From the NCBI GenBank assembly GCA_938086785.1, contig CALKCM010000003.1:155104-219103 (forward strand): DNA of 64,000 nt, given 5' to 3'. Shown here piece by piece: positions 36,810 through 48,040 of the stretch (position 1 is the stretch's first letter; every line of letters starts with the position of its first letter). Made by a program: the position numbers and the translations under genes. This DNA comes from an uncultured Bacteroidia bacterium (GTDB taxonomy: Bacteria; Bacteroidota; Bacteroidia; NS11-12g; UBA955). A model generated the notes under the pieces. The model saw only the letters and a program-made list of their open reading frames with translations. It was not told the DNA's origin and made no database searches.

Positions 36810-37934
36810 ATGCAAACAACAGAACTTACAAAAGCTACAGAAGTAGTGGATTTTTTACCACTTAATGGAACGGATCATATTGAATTTTACTGCGGAAATG
36901 CAAAGCAATCAGCCTATTATTATCAGCATGCTTGGGGATATGAACTCATTGCCTATGCGGGCCCTGAAACTGGGGTAAGAGAAAAAGCGAGCTATGTTCT
37001 AAAGCAAGGAAAAGTAATCTTGGTTTTGTCAACGGCTATGAATTCGGATAACGATATATCCAAACATGTTCTAGAACATGGAGATGGTGTAAAATATTTA
37101 AGTCTATGGGTGGATGATGCAACAAAGAGTTTTGAAGAAACCGTTAAAAGAGGTGCAGAGGCAGTACTAGAGCCAACCAAATTTGAAGACGAACACGGTT
37201 ATGTAGTTGTTTCTGCCATTAAGACATATGGTGAAACCGTTCATAAATTTGTTGAAAGAAGCAATTATAGCGGGCCATTTTTACCGGGTTTCAAAAAAGT
37301 CGAAAATGCGATGAAAGTTAAACCAGTTGGACTAAAGCATATTGACCACTGTGTAGGCAATGTTGAATTGGGTAAAATGAACGATTGGGTCAAGTTCTAT
37401 GAAGATGTAATGGGATTTAAATTGCTTTTGACCTTTGACGATGAAGATATATCTACGGAATACAGCGCTCTCATGAGTAAAGTAGTTAGCAATGGGAATG
37501 GTTGGGTTAAATTTCCAATAAACGAACCTGCCGAAGGTAAAAAGAAATCTCAGATTGAAGAGTACTTAGACTTTTATGGTACTGCTGGTGTTCAGCATAT
37601 AGCTCTTGAAACGCCTAATATTTTAGAGACAGTCCAAGACTTGCGTAATCGTGGAATTGAATTTCTTCATGTACCTAGTAATTATTACGAAGATGTTTTA
37701 GATAGAGTAGGTGAGATAGAAGAAAATATCGATGATTTAAGAAAGTTGAATATTTTAATAGACAGAGATCAAGACGGTTATTTATTGCAAATTTTCACAA
37801 AACCAGTAGAAGATAGACCTACATTATTTTTTGAAATAATTCAACGTAAAGGAGCTAAAAGCTTTGGTAAAGGAAATTTCAAAGCCCTTTTTGAAAGCAT
37901 CGAACGCGAACAAGAGTTAAGAGGTAATCTTTAA
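36810..37934 (+). CDS. hppD: 4-hydroxyphenylpyruvate dioxygenase
   Basis: Two VOC-fold halves. HIDHCVGNV, GVQHIAL and FFEIIQRKG...FGKGNFKALFESIE match the HPPD iron ligands and C-terminal helix. Confidence 0.93.
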   Translation: MQTTELTKATEVVDFLPLNGTDHIEFYCGNAKQSAYYYQHAWGYELIAYAGPETGVREKASYVLKQGKVILVLSTAMNSDNDISKHVLEHGDGVKYLSLWVDDATKSFEETVKRGAEAVLEPTKFEDEHGYVVVSAIKTYGETVHKFVERSNYSGPFLPGFKKVENAMKVKPVGLKHIDHCVGNVELGKMNDWVKFYEDVMGFKLLLTFDDEDISTEYSALMSKVVSNGNGWVKFPINEPAEGKKKSQIEEYLDFYGTAGVQHIALETPNILETVQDLRNRGIEFLHVPSNYYEDVLDRVGEIEENIDDLRKLNILIDRDQDGYLLQIFTKPVEDRPTLFFEIIQRKGAKSFGKGNFKALFESIEREQELRGNL

Positions 37935-38072
37935 ATAAAACGAAGCGTATAACACCGCTTTAACCTTATGCTTCAAAACTGTTGGTAATTTTGACTTGCT
38001 AAGAAGAAGTAATATTGGCAATTTTGAGTAATGATAGCCTTTGGCAAACTCTTTGTAATTTGTATATCAAAC

Positions 38073-40118
38073 ATGCGTAACTCAGCTTTAATTATTTTTT
38101 TGATTATTCCTTTTATTGCCCTGAGCCAAAGTCTCGAGGAACTCAAGGTAACTGCCGCCAAAGAGATTCTTCGTGTTGATTTATTAGACGGACTGGAGGA
38201 TGAAAGCATACAAATGCAAACTCATTCGCAAACCCTCAGATCTCAGACTGCTTTTTTTAAGCAGTTTCGAAAAATTAAGAATAATCTCATAAGAGCAGAG
38301 AAGTTCGATCAAAATGTCCTTCCGCAATGGCGCGAATGGGTTTTTGCACTTCAACATTTGTCAGAGAATAATACAAGATACCTCGCTTTTTACGAGCAAT
38401 ACTTTCATATGGTTGCCATCGTTACGGAATCAAGAGATGAACAAAAAGAAAAAGAATATCTTAAAAATCATGTGATGTTTGCTTTGGATGGCATACGTTA
38501 TTATATAGACAAGCCATACGACAAAGAAGTACTATTGCATGCTGCTACCATAAAACCATATGAGGTTTTAACTAAATATCTTGCCTATAATAGAGAACCT
38601 TATTTTTTAGAGTTATTAGAAATGGTAGCTATGAATGACCCCAATGCTATTAAACAATATTTTGCATCCAATCATCTCATAAGCAGTACATTAAGCATGA
38701 GTAAAAATCCTGTAGTATTGGATTTATATAAGATATTTAGACGCTATGGATCGGGGAGTTATAGTTATGCAAATATTCATAGCATACACAATAAGCGTCT
38801 AACTCTAGATGAGAGTGATAAGCTAACGAAGAATAAAACAGAGTGGTTCAGAGCCTTATCCCAGCTTAAATCTCAAAAAAATATTTTAGGTAATTATTCA
38901 GTTGATAAAGAATTAGAGAAATATAGCCTCAAAGCTATTATACAAATAAACCTTCTACACGAGCGCCCCGATGCCATTCGATTTGCCTCATGCAATAAGT
39001 ATAATGCACATGAAATGTATACTTTGATGGTTTATGCTCAAGATGAAATATTTACCAGTACATACTTGGGCATGTTTAAGCGACTTTTGGCAAAAAGAAA
39101 AGAAAAAAGCATGTATAAACTCATGGAAAACATGGGATTTAATTACTTTAGGACTTTTGTTCAGATGGCCGCAGGATACAATACTTTGCAAGAGTTGCTG
39201 TCAACTATGACTGTCGAAGAGCAGGATTTATTGATGGAACGTGTGGTAGAAGGCCTGGATAAAACAGGTGGGAATTTACAGCCAGCAGTTGAAGTGGCAG
39301 ATATATATGGAAGTCTCCAATCCGATACACTAAAACAAATCTTATCCTCCAAAGTGAAAAGAGAGCTAAAAAGGTGTGTGAGTGAAGATAATGACTATGG
39401 CATTCGTTTGTACGGCTTGTTATACAAATTGGCCGGCTATGACCCCATTGAAATCACAACCGAATCCTATTCATTCGATGTGCCTGATCTTTTGAAAGTT
39501 TCAGGTAAGGAACTATTCCCTGATGGGACGAATATACAGCAGCATATTTTCTATAACGACGAAGATGGAGAGGCTGCATTTAGTCTATTCCTTGCTCATT
39601 TTGGGGGAGATAAAAACTGGAAGATTTCGAAATTTGAGAAATATACACTTATTGAATCCACCCAAGGAAAATCGATAAAAATGTACTTAAACAGTCCTAA
39701 ATTCGAAAATAGTGCAAATGTGGTTAGTGCCATATTCGAAAAAAATACCAGATATCCAGACGTGGTGGTACACCGAGGACACAGCTATTATTTATATGCA
39801 ACGGTAAAGCGATTAACCAATAACGCTAAAGTGGCTATTTTAGGCTCCTGTGGAGGATATCACAACATGGCCAGTGTTCTGGAAAATGCGTCGGATGCAC
39901 AGATTGTAAGTAGTAAGCAAATTGGAACTTGGACAGTAAATAATGTCTTAATAAAAGATATGGCTGATCAAATGCGAGTTGGAGATGGTGGAATCGACTG
40001 GCAAGAACTATGGGCTGAACTTGACGTTAAACTAGCTAGAAACGATAAATGGAGCGACTACGTGCCCCCGTATAAAAATTTAGGGATGAAGTTCATTAAA
40101 GCTTTTGAAACGCTGTGA
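38073..40118 (+). CDS. Secreted hypothetical protein (681 aa) with C-terminal His/Cys-dyad domain, possibly a caspase/CHAT-like clan CD fold
   Basis: Signal peptide MRNSALIIFLIIPFIALSQS. A helical N-terminal two-thirds is followed by PDVVVHRGHSYY (nt 39771..) and AKVAILGSCGGYHN (Cys at nt 39849..39851). I recognise no family with certainty. Confidence 0.5.
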   Translation: MRNSALIIFLIIPFIALSQSLEELKVTAAKEILRVDLLDGLEDESIQMQTHSQTLRSQTAFFKQFRKIKNNLIRAEKFDQNVLPQWREWVFALQHLSENNTRYLAFYEQYFHMVAIVTESRDEQKEKEYLKNHVMFALDGIRYYIDKPYDKEVLLHAATIKPYEVLTKYLAYNREPYFLELLEMVAMNDPNAIKQYFASNHLISSTLSMSKNPVVLDLYKIFRRYGSGSYSYANIHSIHNKRLTLDESDKLTKNKTEWFRALSQLKSQKNILGNYSVDKELEKYSLKAIIQINLLHERPDAIRFASCNKYNAHEMYTLMVYAQDEIFTSTYLGMFKRLLAKRKEKSMYKLMENMGFNYFRTFVQMAAGYNTLQELLSTMTVEEQDLLMERVVEGLDKTGGNLQPAVEVADIYGSLQSDTLKQILSSKVKRELKRCVSEDNDYGIRLYGLLYKLAGYDPIEITTESYSFDVPDLLKVSGKELFPDGTNIQQHIFYNDEDGEAAFSLFLAHFGGDKNWKISKFEKYTLIESTQGKSIKMYLNSPKFENSANVVSAIFEKNTRYPDVVVHRGHSYYLYATVKRLTNNAKVAILGSCGGYHNMASVLENASDAQIVSSKQIGTWTVNNVLIKDMADQMRVGDGGIDWQELWAELDVKLARNDKWSDYVPPYKNLGMKFIKAFETL

Positions 40119-40633
40119 TGAGGTATTTAAGTGCCCTTGGTTTTATTCTAATTCTGTTTTCATGTAATTCAGATTTAAAGGAGGGTAGATTAAAAGACGA
40201 AACGCTTGTTGACACATTGGGAATTACAGCATATGTCTCATTCAACTCCGAATGCCCCAATTGCTTGAGATCTAAATCTGCACTCATTGATGCAGCAACA
40301 GCATATCCTAATGTTAAATGGAAAGCATTACTTATCGATGATCTTGATAGCAACACTTTGCCCGATGCTATCTTCCAAAAATATCAAGCGGCTGATGCCA
40401 AAAACATAGCTAAAAAGCTTCTTTTTACGGTTACCCCAGAGGTTCTATTGATGAGTCATGGAAGAAAAGTGTATCAGGGTGCCATTACAGACCAGAACAA
40501 AGTACTTGGACAAGGCAAACTACTGCCCCAATTGAATTATCTAATGGATGCATGTACAGCTCTCGAATTTAATCCAGACACCACTTTACAGAGTACTAAA
40601 GCCATGGGTTGTTTTATTGAGTTTAACCTTTAG
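40115..40633 (+). CDS. Thioredoxin-fold (redoxin-like) lipoprotein with CxxC motif
   Basis: Lipobox ILFSC. CPNC at nt 40253..40264. The C-terminal pattern VYQGAITDQ...NYLMDA...GCFIE resembles the YRGRIDD...GC.I redoxin subfamily. ATGA overlap with the upstream gene. Confidence 0.6.
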   Translation: MMRYLSALGFILILFSCNSDLKEGRLKDETLVDTLGITAYVSFNSECPNCLRSKSALIDAATAYPNVKWKALLIDDLDSNTLPDAIFQKYQAADAKNIAKKLLFTVTPEVLLMSHGRKVYQGAITDQNKVLGQGKLLPQLNYLMDACTALEFNPDTTLQSTKAMGCFIEFNL

Positions 40634-41504
40634 GAGTCCAAAGTTTTAAACTTTTAGATTGAACTAAAACCTCTGCTTTAGAACTCGCCAATCCAATATA
40701 GTCACCATCCACATGCATGGGTTGTTCTCCTTCAAAGTTGAGCACAAAGGCCTCGCCCTTTACTCTATAAATATCCGTACTTCTTTTAGACATATTGGTA
40801 GCTATTTTAAAACCAACAATAGGAATCTTTAAAGTGGGGATCTTTTTAAATACAACAGCAGTCAATGTGCCATCATCATCTCTTGTATTCGGGGCTATTT
40901 TAATATTGTTTCCCCATTGGCTCCCATTTGCAAAATCCACCATAAATGTTTCTCCCTTCCAATCGGCATCTTTGTTCTGAAGAACCGTTTCAAATGCTCC
41001 TGTTTTTAAATTCTTCCCTATACTCTTCAAATACCCCCTTAAACCTCTTCCTTTTGCGTTTTTGAATTCCGCACTAATTTTTGCAGAATATCCAACTCCA
41101 GCCATATTTAAAAAGTGGACTCCGTTGATAGTTCCCGTATCACGTAAAGTTTCATGATGTGCATCGATTGTTTGAACTGCACCTTTCCAATTCAAAGGCA
41201 AATGATGATGGCGAGCATATCCATTTCCACTGCCAAAGGGAATGATACCCATTGCCGTGGGTGTGTTAATTAAATTTTCTGAAATTAGATTTAAAGTACC
41301 GTCCCCGCCACACGCATACACAGCTTCAAAATTCTTTTGGACCATATCTCTGGTTGCTTCCTTAATTTCATTGGCGTTATCAAGTCGCAAGCAATTATAA
41401 GAAGTTTCTTTCTTTATGAAACGTTCAAATTCATCTTTCTTTTTCTTTCGCCTTGAGCTGCCAGAACCAGAATGTATAATGAAACCTATTTTGTTTTTTG
41501 TCAC
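40623..41504 (-). CDS. Diacylglycerol/lipid kinase family protein (YegS/BmrU-like)
   Basis: ACGGDGTLN motif and overall DAGK catalytic-domain layout. Confidence 0.85.
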   Translation of the reverse strand: MTKNKIGFIIHSGSGSSRRKKKKDEFERFIKKETSYNCLRLDNANEIKEATRDMVQKNFEAVYACGGDGTLNLISENLINTPTAMGIIPFGSGNGYARHHHLPLNWKGAVQTIDAHHETLRDTGTINGVHFLNMAGVGYSAKISAEFKNAKGRGLRGYLKSIGKNLKTGAFETVLQNKDADWKGETFMVDFANGSQWGNNIKIAPNTRDDDGTLTAVVFKKIPTLKIPIVGFKIATNMSKRSTDIYRVKGEAFVLNFEGEQPMHVDGDYIGLASSKAEVLVQSKSLKLWTPKG

Positions 41505-41509
41505 AGTAT

Positions 41510-42187
41510 CTAATCTTTGTTAAAAGCGTATTTGATGATGTTAGCACCCATTTTTAGGGCCTCAATTCTTATGTTCTCTGGGTCATTATACGTTTCAGCA
41601 TCCTCCCATCCATTGCCCAAGTCGCTCTCATAATCATAGAAAAGAACCAATCGTTCCTCTTCAAATATGCCCAAACCCTTGGGTGCTTTGCCCTCGTGCT
41701 TATGAATCTTTGGAAGACCATTATCAAAAGTGTAGGCTCCTTGGTATACTGAATGAGAAAAAGGAACTTCTCTCAAAGTTTTATCTGGAAATAAGCGCTT
41801 GATTTCCCTCCGAATATTTTTATCCATTCCATAATTATCACAAATGTGCAAAAATCCTCCTGCGCTGAGATAGGTCCGAATATTTTGAATGTCTTTCGGG
41901 TTAAAAATCACATTTCCATGACCCGTCATAAAAACGTAGGGATAAAGGAATATATCTTCGCTACTAGCCTCCACTACGGATTCTTCTGTTTTTATACTCG
42001 TTCCAATATTCTTATTGCAGAATCTAGCTAAATTCGGAAGCGCAGTTCTACTGCTATACCAATCTCCACCACCATTATATTTTAAACGAGCTATAGGAAT
42101 ACTATTAGAGGTTTTGTTGCGTTGAGACATAACTATACCTGCAATCATCAATATACCAATACCAGCAAGTAGAACTCTTATTCGCAT
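41510..42187 (-). CDS. DUF4159 domain-containing protein (N-terminal membrane anchor)
   Basis: ARLKYNGGGDWYSSRTALPNLARF and the FMTGHG block match DUF4159. First ATG is at 42187, 5 nt after a -7 box. Confidence 0.7.
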   Translation of the reverse strand: MRIRVLLAGIGILMIAGIVMSQRNKTSNSIPIARLKYNGGGDWYSSRTALPNLARFCNKNIGTSIKTEESVVEASSEDIFLYPYVFMTGHGNVIFNPKDIQNIRTYLSAGGFLHICDNYGMDKNIRREIKRLFPDKTLREVPFSHSVYQGAYTFDNGLPKIHKHEGKAPKGLGIFEEERLVLFYDYESDLGNGWEDAETYNDPENIRIEALKMGANIIKYAFNKD

Positions 42188-42192
42188 CACAG

Positions 42193-42200
42193 CAAAATTA
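42193..42200 (-). promoter_or_regulatory. -7 promoter box (TAATTTTG)
   Basis: Exact TAnnTTTG match 5 nt upstream of ATG 42187. Confidence 0.45.
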
Positions 42201-42445
42201 CATATTATTATCGTTTAGATTTATCTTTTCTTCGGCCTTTCATTATGAATAATTAAGCTAAGAAGAGTCAAGAAAAAAATTTTACAGATGATATTATGTA
42301 AGATAAAACGTCCAAAACTTATCTTGAAACTAAAAATAAAATATCTTTTTTGACTTCTTTGCATTCCACGAATAAACAGTTTTGAATATTTTACTCACAT
42401 ACACCCGAAAAGTCAGATAAGTGTCGTTTTTTTGCATACCGAAAA

Positions 42446-43549
42446 ATGATAGCTACAATTGCAAAACCAGCTTATCTTGTCTTACAAGACGGAACTGTAT
42501 TTAAAGGAGAAGCCGTTGGAAAAATAGGGACAACCTCTGGTGAGATTGCCTTTAATACAAGTATGACAGGTTACCAAGAAGTGTTTACTGATCCCAGTTA
42601 TTTTGGACAAATTATTGTTATGACGAACAATCATATAGGTAATTATGGAGCCAATGAAATGGATATTGAAAGTGATGGCATTAAAATAAATGGCCTTGTC
42701 TGCAAGAAGTTCTCCAATAAGTTCAGTCGTAAAATGGAATCTACCAGCTTAGATTCCTATTTTATGGATAATGAATTGGTAGGTATTAGCGAGATAGATA
42801 CCAGACAATTGGTTAGACATATTCGTGAAAAAGGAGCCATGAATGGAGTGATATCATCGGAGATAGAAGATATAGACACCTTGAAAAAAATGGTCTCTGA
42901 ATGTCCAGACATGAGTGGTTTGGAACTAGCATCTAGAGTGAGTACAAAAGAATTTTACACCATGGGAGAAAATAGTGCACCCTTGAAGGTAGCACTTATG
43001 GACTATGGAACTAAAAAGAACATCGCCCAGTCATTGGTAAATAGAGGATGCTTTGTAGGGCTTTTTCCTGCAGAAACAAAAGCTTCCGAAGTCTTGGCAT
43101 GGGGAGCCGATGGAATTATGCTTAGCAATGGCCCTGGAGATCCCTCTGTAATGGACTATGCCATTGAAAATATTAAAGAACTAGTAGCCAGCGGAACCCC
43201 CATTTTTGGCATTTGCTTGGGACATCAATTATTATCCTTGGCAAGTGGCCTGAGCACTTATAAGATGCATCATGGTCACAGAGGCAGTAATCATCCAGTA
43301 AAAAATCTAATTTCCGGTAGAAGTGAGATTACGGCACAAAACCATGGTTTCGCCGTAAAATTTGATGATGCCGCCGCCGCTGAAGTAGAATTAACGCATG
43401 TTAACTTAAATGATGATACCGTTGAAGGCATTCGTTTGAAAAATAAGCCCGCTTTTAGTGTACAACATCATCCAGAATCAAATCCAGGGCCGCATGATAG
43501 CTGGTACCTTTTTGATGATTTTATTACCTTAATGAATAAAAATAAATAA
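42446..43549 (+). CDS. carA: Carbamoyl-phosphate synthase small (glutaminase) subunit
   Basis: LVLQDGTVFKGE N-terminus and GATase triad contexts (GICLGHQ, HHPE). Confidence 0.95.
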   Translation: MIATIAKPAYLVLQDGTVFKGEAVGKIGTTSGEIAFNTSMTGYQEVFTDPSYFGQIIVMTNNHIGNYGANEMDIESDGIKINGLVCKKFSNKFSRKMESTSLDSYFMDNELVGISEIDTRQLVRHIREKGAMNGVISSEIEDIDTLKKMVSECPDMSGLELASRVSTKEFYTMGENSAPLKVALMDYGTKKNIAQSLVNRGCFVGLFPAETKASEVLAWGADGIMLSNGPGDPSVMDYAIENIKELVASGTPIFGICLGHQLLSLASGLSTYKMHHGHRGSNHPVKNLISGRSEITAQNHGFAVKFDDAAAAEVELTHVNLNDDTVEGIRLKNKPAFSVQHHPESNPGPHDSWYLFDDFITLMNKNK

Positions 43550-44838
<1,289 letters not shown>

Positions 44839-44839
<1 letters not shown>

Positions 44840-45705
44840 TGGGAGAAACACAAGTTATGGCAAATACAGAAGAATTAAAAACAATCGCCACTCAGGTGCG
44901 TAGAGATATTGTGCGGATGGTGCATGCAGTAAGCAGTGGTCACCCGGGCGGTTCTCTGGGCTGTGCCGATTATTTTACAGCATTGTTTTTTACTATTATG
45001 AAGCACGACCCTTCCAACTTTACGATGGAGGCAAAAGACCAAGATGTTTTTTATTTAAGTAATGGACACATTAGCCCTGTATACTACTCAGTGCTTGCTA
45101 GAAATGGTTATTTCCCAGTTTCGGAATTAAGCTCTTTCAGAAAGTTAAACACTCGATTACAGGGGCATCCTGCAACTCATGAAGGCTTAGAAGGTATCCG
45201 AGTTGCTACCGGAAGCTTAGGTCAAGGATTTAGTGTTGCAGTGGGTCATGCCAAACAAAAGAAAATGGATGGAGATGATGGATTGGTTTATGTGGTAACC
45301 GGAGACGGGGAATTACAAGAAGGTCAAATTTGGGAAGCAGCTATGTTTGCTCCGCATAATAAATTGGATAACATGATTGTGGCTGTTGATTTCAACAATG
45401 CACAAATCGATGGATCAACACTAGATATCATGGGCTTTGACGAACTTGGCAACAAGTTTGCAGCATTTGGTTGGGAAGTGTTATACATGGACGGCAACAA
45501 TATGGACGATATTCTTAAAACCAATGCAGAAGCAAAAGCTAAGTTAGGCAATGGAAAACCCGTAGTTATCATTATGAAAACAGAAATGGGGCAAGGAGTT
45601 GATTACATGATGGGTTCTCATGCTTGGCATGGGAAAGCGCCAAATGATGAGCTCTTAGAAAAAGCATTGAACCAACTTCCCGAAACACATTTGGGAGACT
45701 ATTAA
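44839..45705 (+). CDS. Transketolase, N-terminal (ThDP-binding PP) subunit
   Basis: SGHPGGSLG, GSLGQG and GDGELQEG motifs. TAATG overlap with the eno stop. An alternative ATG lies at 44857. Confidence 0.92.
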
Positions 45706-47078
45706 TGAAAAAAGGATTCATCTTACTTCTCGCCTGTTTTACTGTTTGCAGCAGTCAGGCACAAATCACAAACGATTATAAGGGCCGTAAAACGCGCTTG
45801 CTATTTCTATTAGATGGCAGCGGCAGTATGGTAGCGGCGATGGACAAATCAACACGATGGTCTATTGCTGTGGATTTAATGAGTCGAATGGTAGATTCAT
45901 TAAGAAACGTGAACGATTTAGAAGTAGGATTAAGAGTGTTTGGACATACCGTGCCTATCACGCGTAAAGATTGTTATGATACCAAGCTAGAAGTTCCCTT
46001 TGGTCCACATAATCATAAACTGTTCAAAAATGCCCTGAGAAGGGTCATGCCTCTGGGATACACATCAATAACAGAGTCCATATTGGCTAGCGCCGAGGAT
46101 TTCCCCAAAGATGATAACGCACGCAACGTTCTGGTTATCATTACAGATGGGGTCGAGGAATGCGGTGGAGATCCTTGTGCAGTTAGTGCTGCTCTTCAAA
46201 AGAAAGGAATTATACTTAAACCCTTTATTGTGGGAATAGGGAGTGCTAGTGATGAGTTTAGAACCACTTACAGTTGTGCTGGAACCTTCTTTAATGCTCA
46301 AACGCGTGAAGAATTTGATAAGATTATGGGTTTAATCATCAGTTCAGCGCTTAATGCAACTACAGCACAAATAAGCTTATTAGATAATCAGGGAAAACCA
46401 CTAGAAACAAATGTTCCCGTTTCGGTATACTCCAATACCTCCGGCCAAATTGTAGAATCTTGGATTCATACCTTAAACGGAAAAAATAATCCCGATACCA
46501 TTTTTCTAGATCCCGTGTTAACCTATAATATTGAGGTGCATACAACTCCTAAGATCATTAAAAGAAATGTCTCTCTCGTGCCAGGTAGGCATAACACCAT
46601 CGCTATAGATGCTGCGCAAGGGGATATTTTCTTTAAAATAAAAGGGGTAACTCGTTATGGAAGACTTCCCGTATTAGTGAGTAAAGGCAAACAAACCGAT
46701 CGAATAACCATTCAAGACTTTAATACCAAAAAGAAATATTTAGTAGGGGATTACGATGTAGAAATTCTTACCGTTCCACCTACAAAAATAAAAGGCATTA
46801 ATGTAAAGCAAAACCGAACCACAACAGTAGAAATTGCATCTCCAGGTAAATTACAACTCACCAATAGTGCCGATATGGTTGCAAGTATTTTTACGATGAA
46901 TAAAGGCTCGCAAATGTGGGTAGCAGATATTCCTCAAAATGCGGGAAAATATGATTTAACGATGCAGCCGGGTAAATATCAGGTAATCTATAGAGCTAAA
47001 AATGAGACTCGCATGATTTATAGCAAAACAAAAGACTTTAAAATAACATCACTCACCAGTACATACATAACGATTTAA
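45705..47078 (+). CDS. Secreted von Willebrand factor A (VWA) domain protein with complete MIDAS motif
   Basis: Signal peptide MKKGFILLLACFTVCSSQAQ. MIDAS DGSGS (nt 45813..45827), then a later T (GYTSIT) and D (ITDGVE). The C-terminal half is beta-rich and of unknown function. TAATG overlap with the preceding gene. Confidence 0.8.
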   Translation: MKKGFILLLACFTVCSSQAQITNDYKGRKTRLLFLLDGSGSMVAAMDKSTRWSIAVDLMSRMVDSLRNVNDLEVGLRVFGHTVPITRKDCYDTKLEVPFGPHNHKLFKNALRRVMPLGYTSITESILASAEDFPKDDNARNVLVIITDGVEECGGDPCAVSAALQKKGIILKPFIVGIGSASDEFRTTYSCAGTFFNAQTREEFDKIMGLIISSALNATTAQISLLDNQGKPLETNVPVSVYSNTSGQIVESWIHTLNGKNNPDTIFLDPVLTYNIEVHTTPKIIKRNVSLVPGRHNTIAIDAAQGDIFFKIKGVTRYGRLPVLVSKGKQTDRITIQDFNTKKKYLVGDYDVEILTVPPTKIKGINVKQNRTTTVEIASPGKLQLTNSADMVASIFTMNKGSQMWVADIPQNAGKYDLTMQPGKYQVIYRAKNETRMIYSKTKDFKITSLTSTYITI

Positions 47079-47081
47079 ATA

Positions 47082-48038
47082 ATGAAAAACTTTGAAATAA
47101 GCGGAAACAAAGACACCCGAAGTGGATTTGGTCAAGGGCTCCTAGAAGCAGGCCAAAAGAATGATAATATTGTGGCTCTTTGTGCCGATCTGACCGGTTC
47201 TTTGCAGATGCAACATTTCCAAGGGGCATACCCCGACCGTTTTATACAAGCGGGTATATCAGAAGCCAATATGATGAGTATGGCCGCAGGACTTGCCACA
47301 GGTGGAAAGATTCCTTTTACGGGAACCTTTGCCAACTTTAGTACAGGTAGGGTGTATGATCAAATACGTCAGAGCATTGCGTACTCACATAAGAATGTGA
47401 AGATTTGTGCATCGCATGCAGGTTTAACCTTGGGTGAAGATGGAGCAACGCATCAAATACTTGAAGATTTAGGTTTAATGAAAATGTTGCCCGGCATGAC
47501 GGTTATTAATCCATGTGATTATAATCAAACAAAGGCGGCTACATTGGCCATTGCAGATTTCGACGGTCCGTGTTACTTGCGTTTTGGCCGTCCCAAATGG
47601 CCTGTTTTTACTCCCGAAAATCAAACCTTTGAAATAGGTAAAGCTTTAATGCTTAACGAGGGAAAAGATGTGACCATATTTGCTACAGGACACTTGGTAT
47701 GGAAAGCCATCGAGGCTGGTCATATATTGGCTGAAAGAGGCATTGATGTTGAAATCATAAACATACATACCATTAAACCTTTAGATAAGGAAGCAATTTT
47801 AAATTCCGCACGCAAGACGCGCTGTGTAGTTACGGCTGAAGAACACCAGATGAATGGTGGTTTAGGTGATTCAGTGGCACAGGTACTAGCTTTAAACTTA
47901 CCCACTCCTATGGAAATGGTTGCCGTTAATGACTCTTTTGGAGAGAGCGGAACGCCAGCTCAATTAATGGCTAAATACCATATTGATACTCCAGATGTAG
48001 TTGCTGCTGTGGAAAGAGCAATGGTCCGAAAGGTATAA
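47082..48038 (+). CDS. Transketolase, C-terminal (Pyr plus C-terminal domain) subunit
   Basis: [15 protein letters not shown] and [14 protein letters not shown] motifs. 318 aa. Confidence 0.93.
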   Translation: MKNFEISGNKDTRSGFGQGLLEAGQKNDNIVALCADLTGSLQMQHFQGAYPDRFIQAGISEANMMSMAAGLATGGKIPFTGTFANFSTGRVYDQIRQSIAYSHKNVKICASHAGLTLGEDGATHQILEDLGLMKMLPGMTVINPCDYNQTKAATLAIADFDGPCYLRFGRPKWPVFTPENQTFEIGKALMLNEGKDVTIFATGHLVWKAIEAGHILAERGIDVEIINIHTIKPLDKEAILNSARKTRCVVTAEEHQMNGGLGDSVAQVLALNLPTPMEMVAVNDSFGESGTPAQLMAKYHIDTPDVVAAVERAMVRKV

Positions 48039-48040
48039 TT

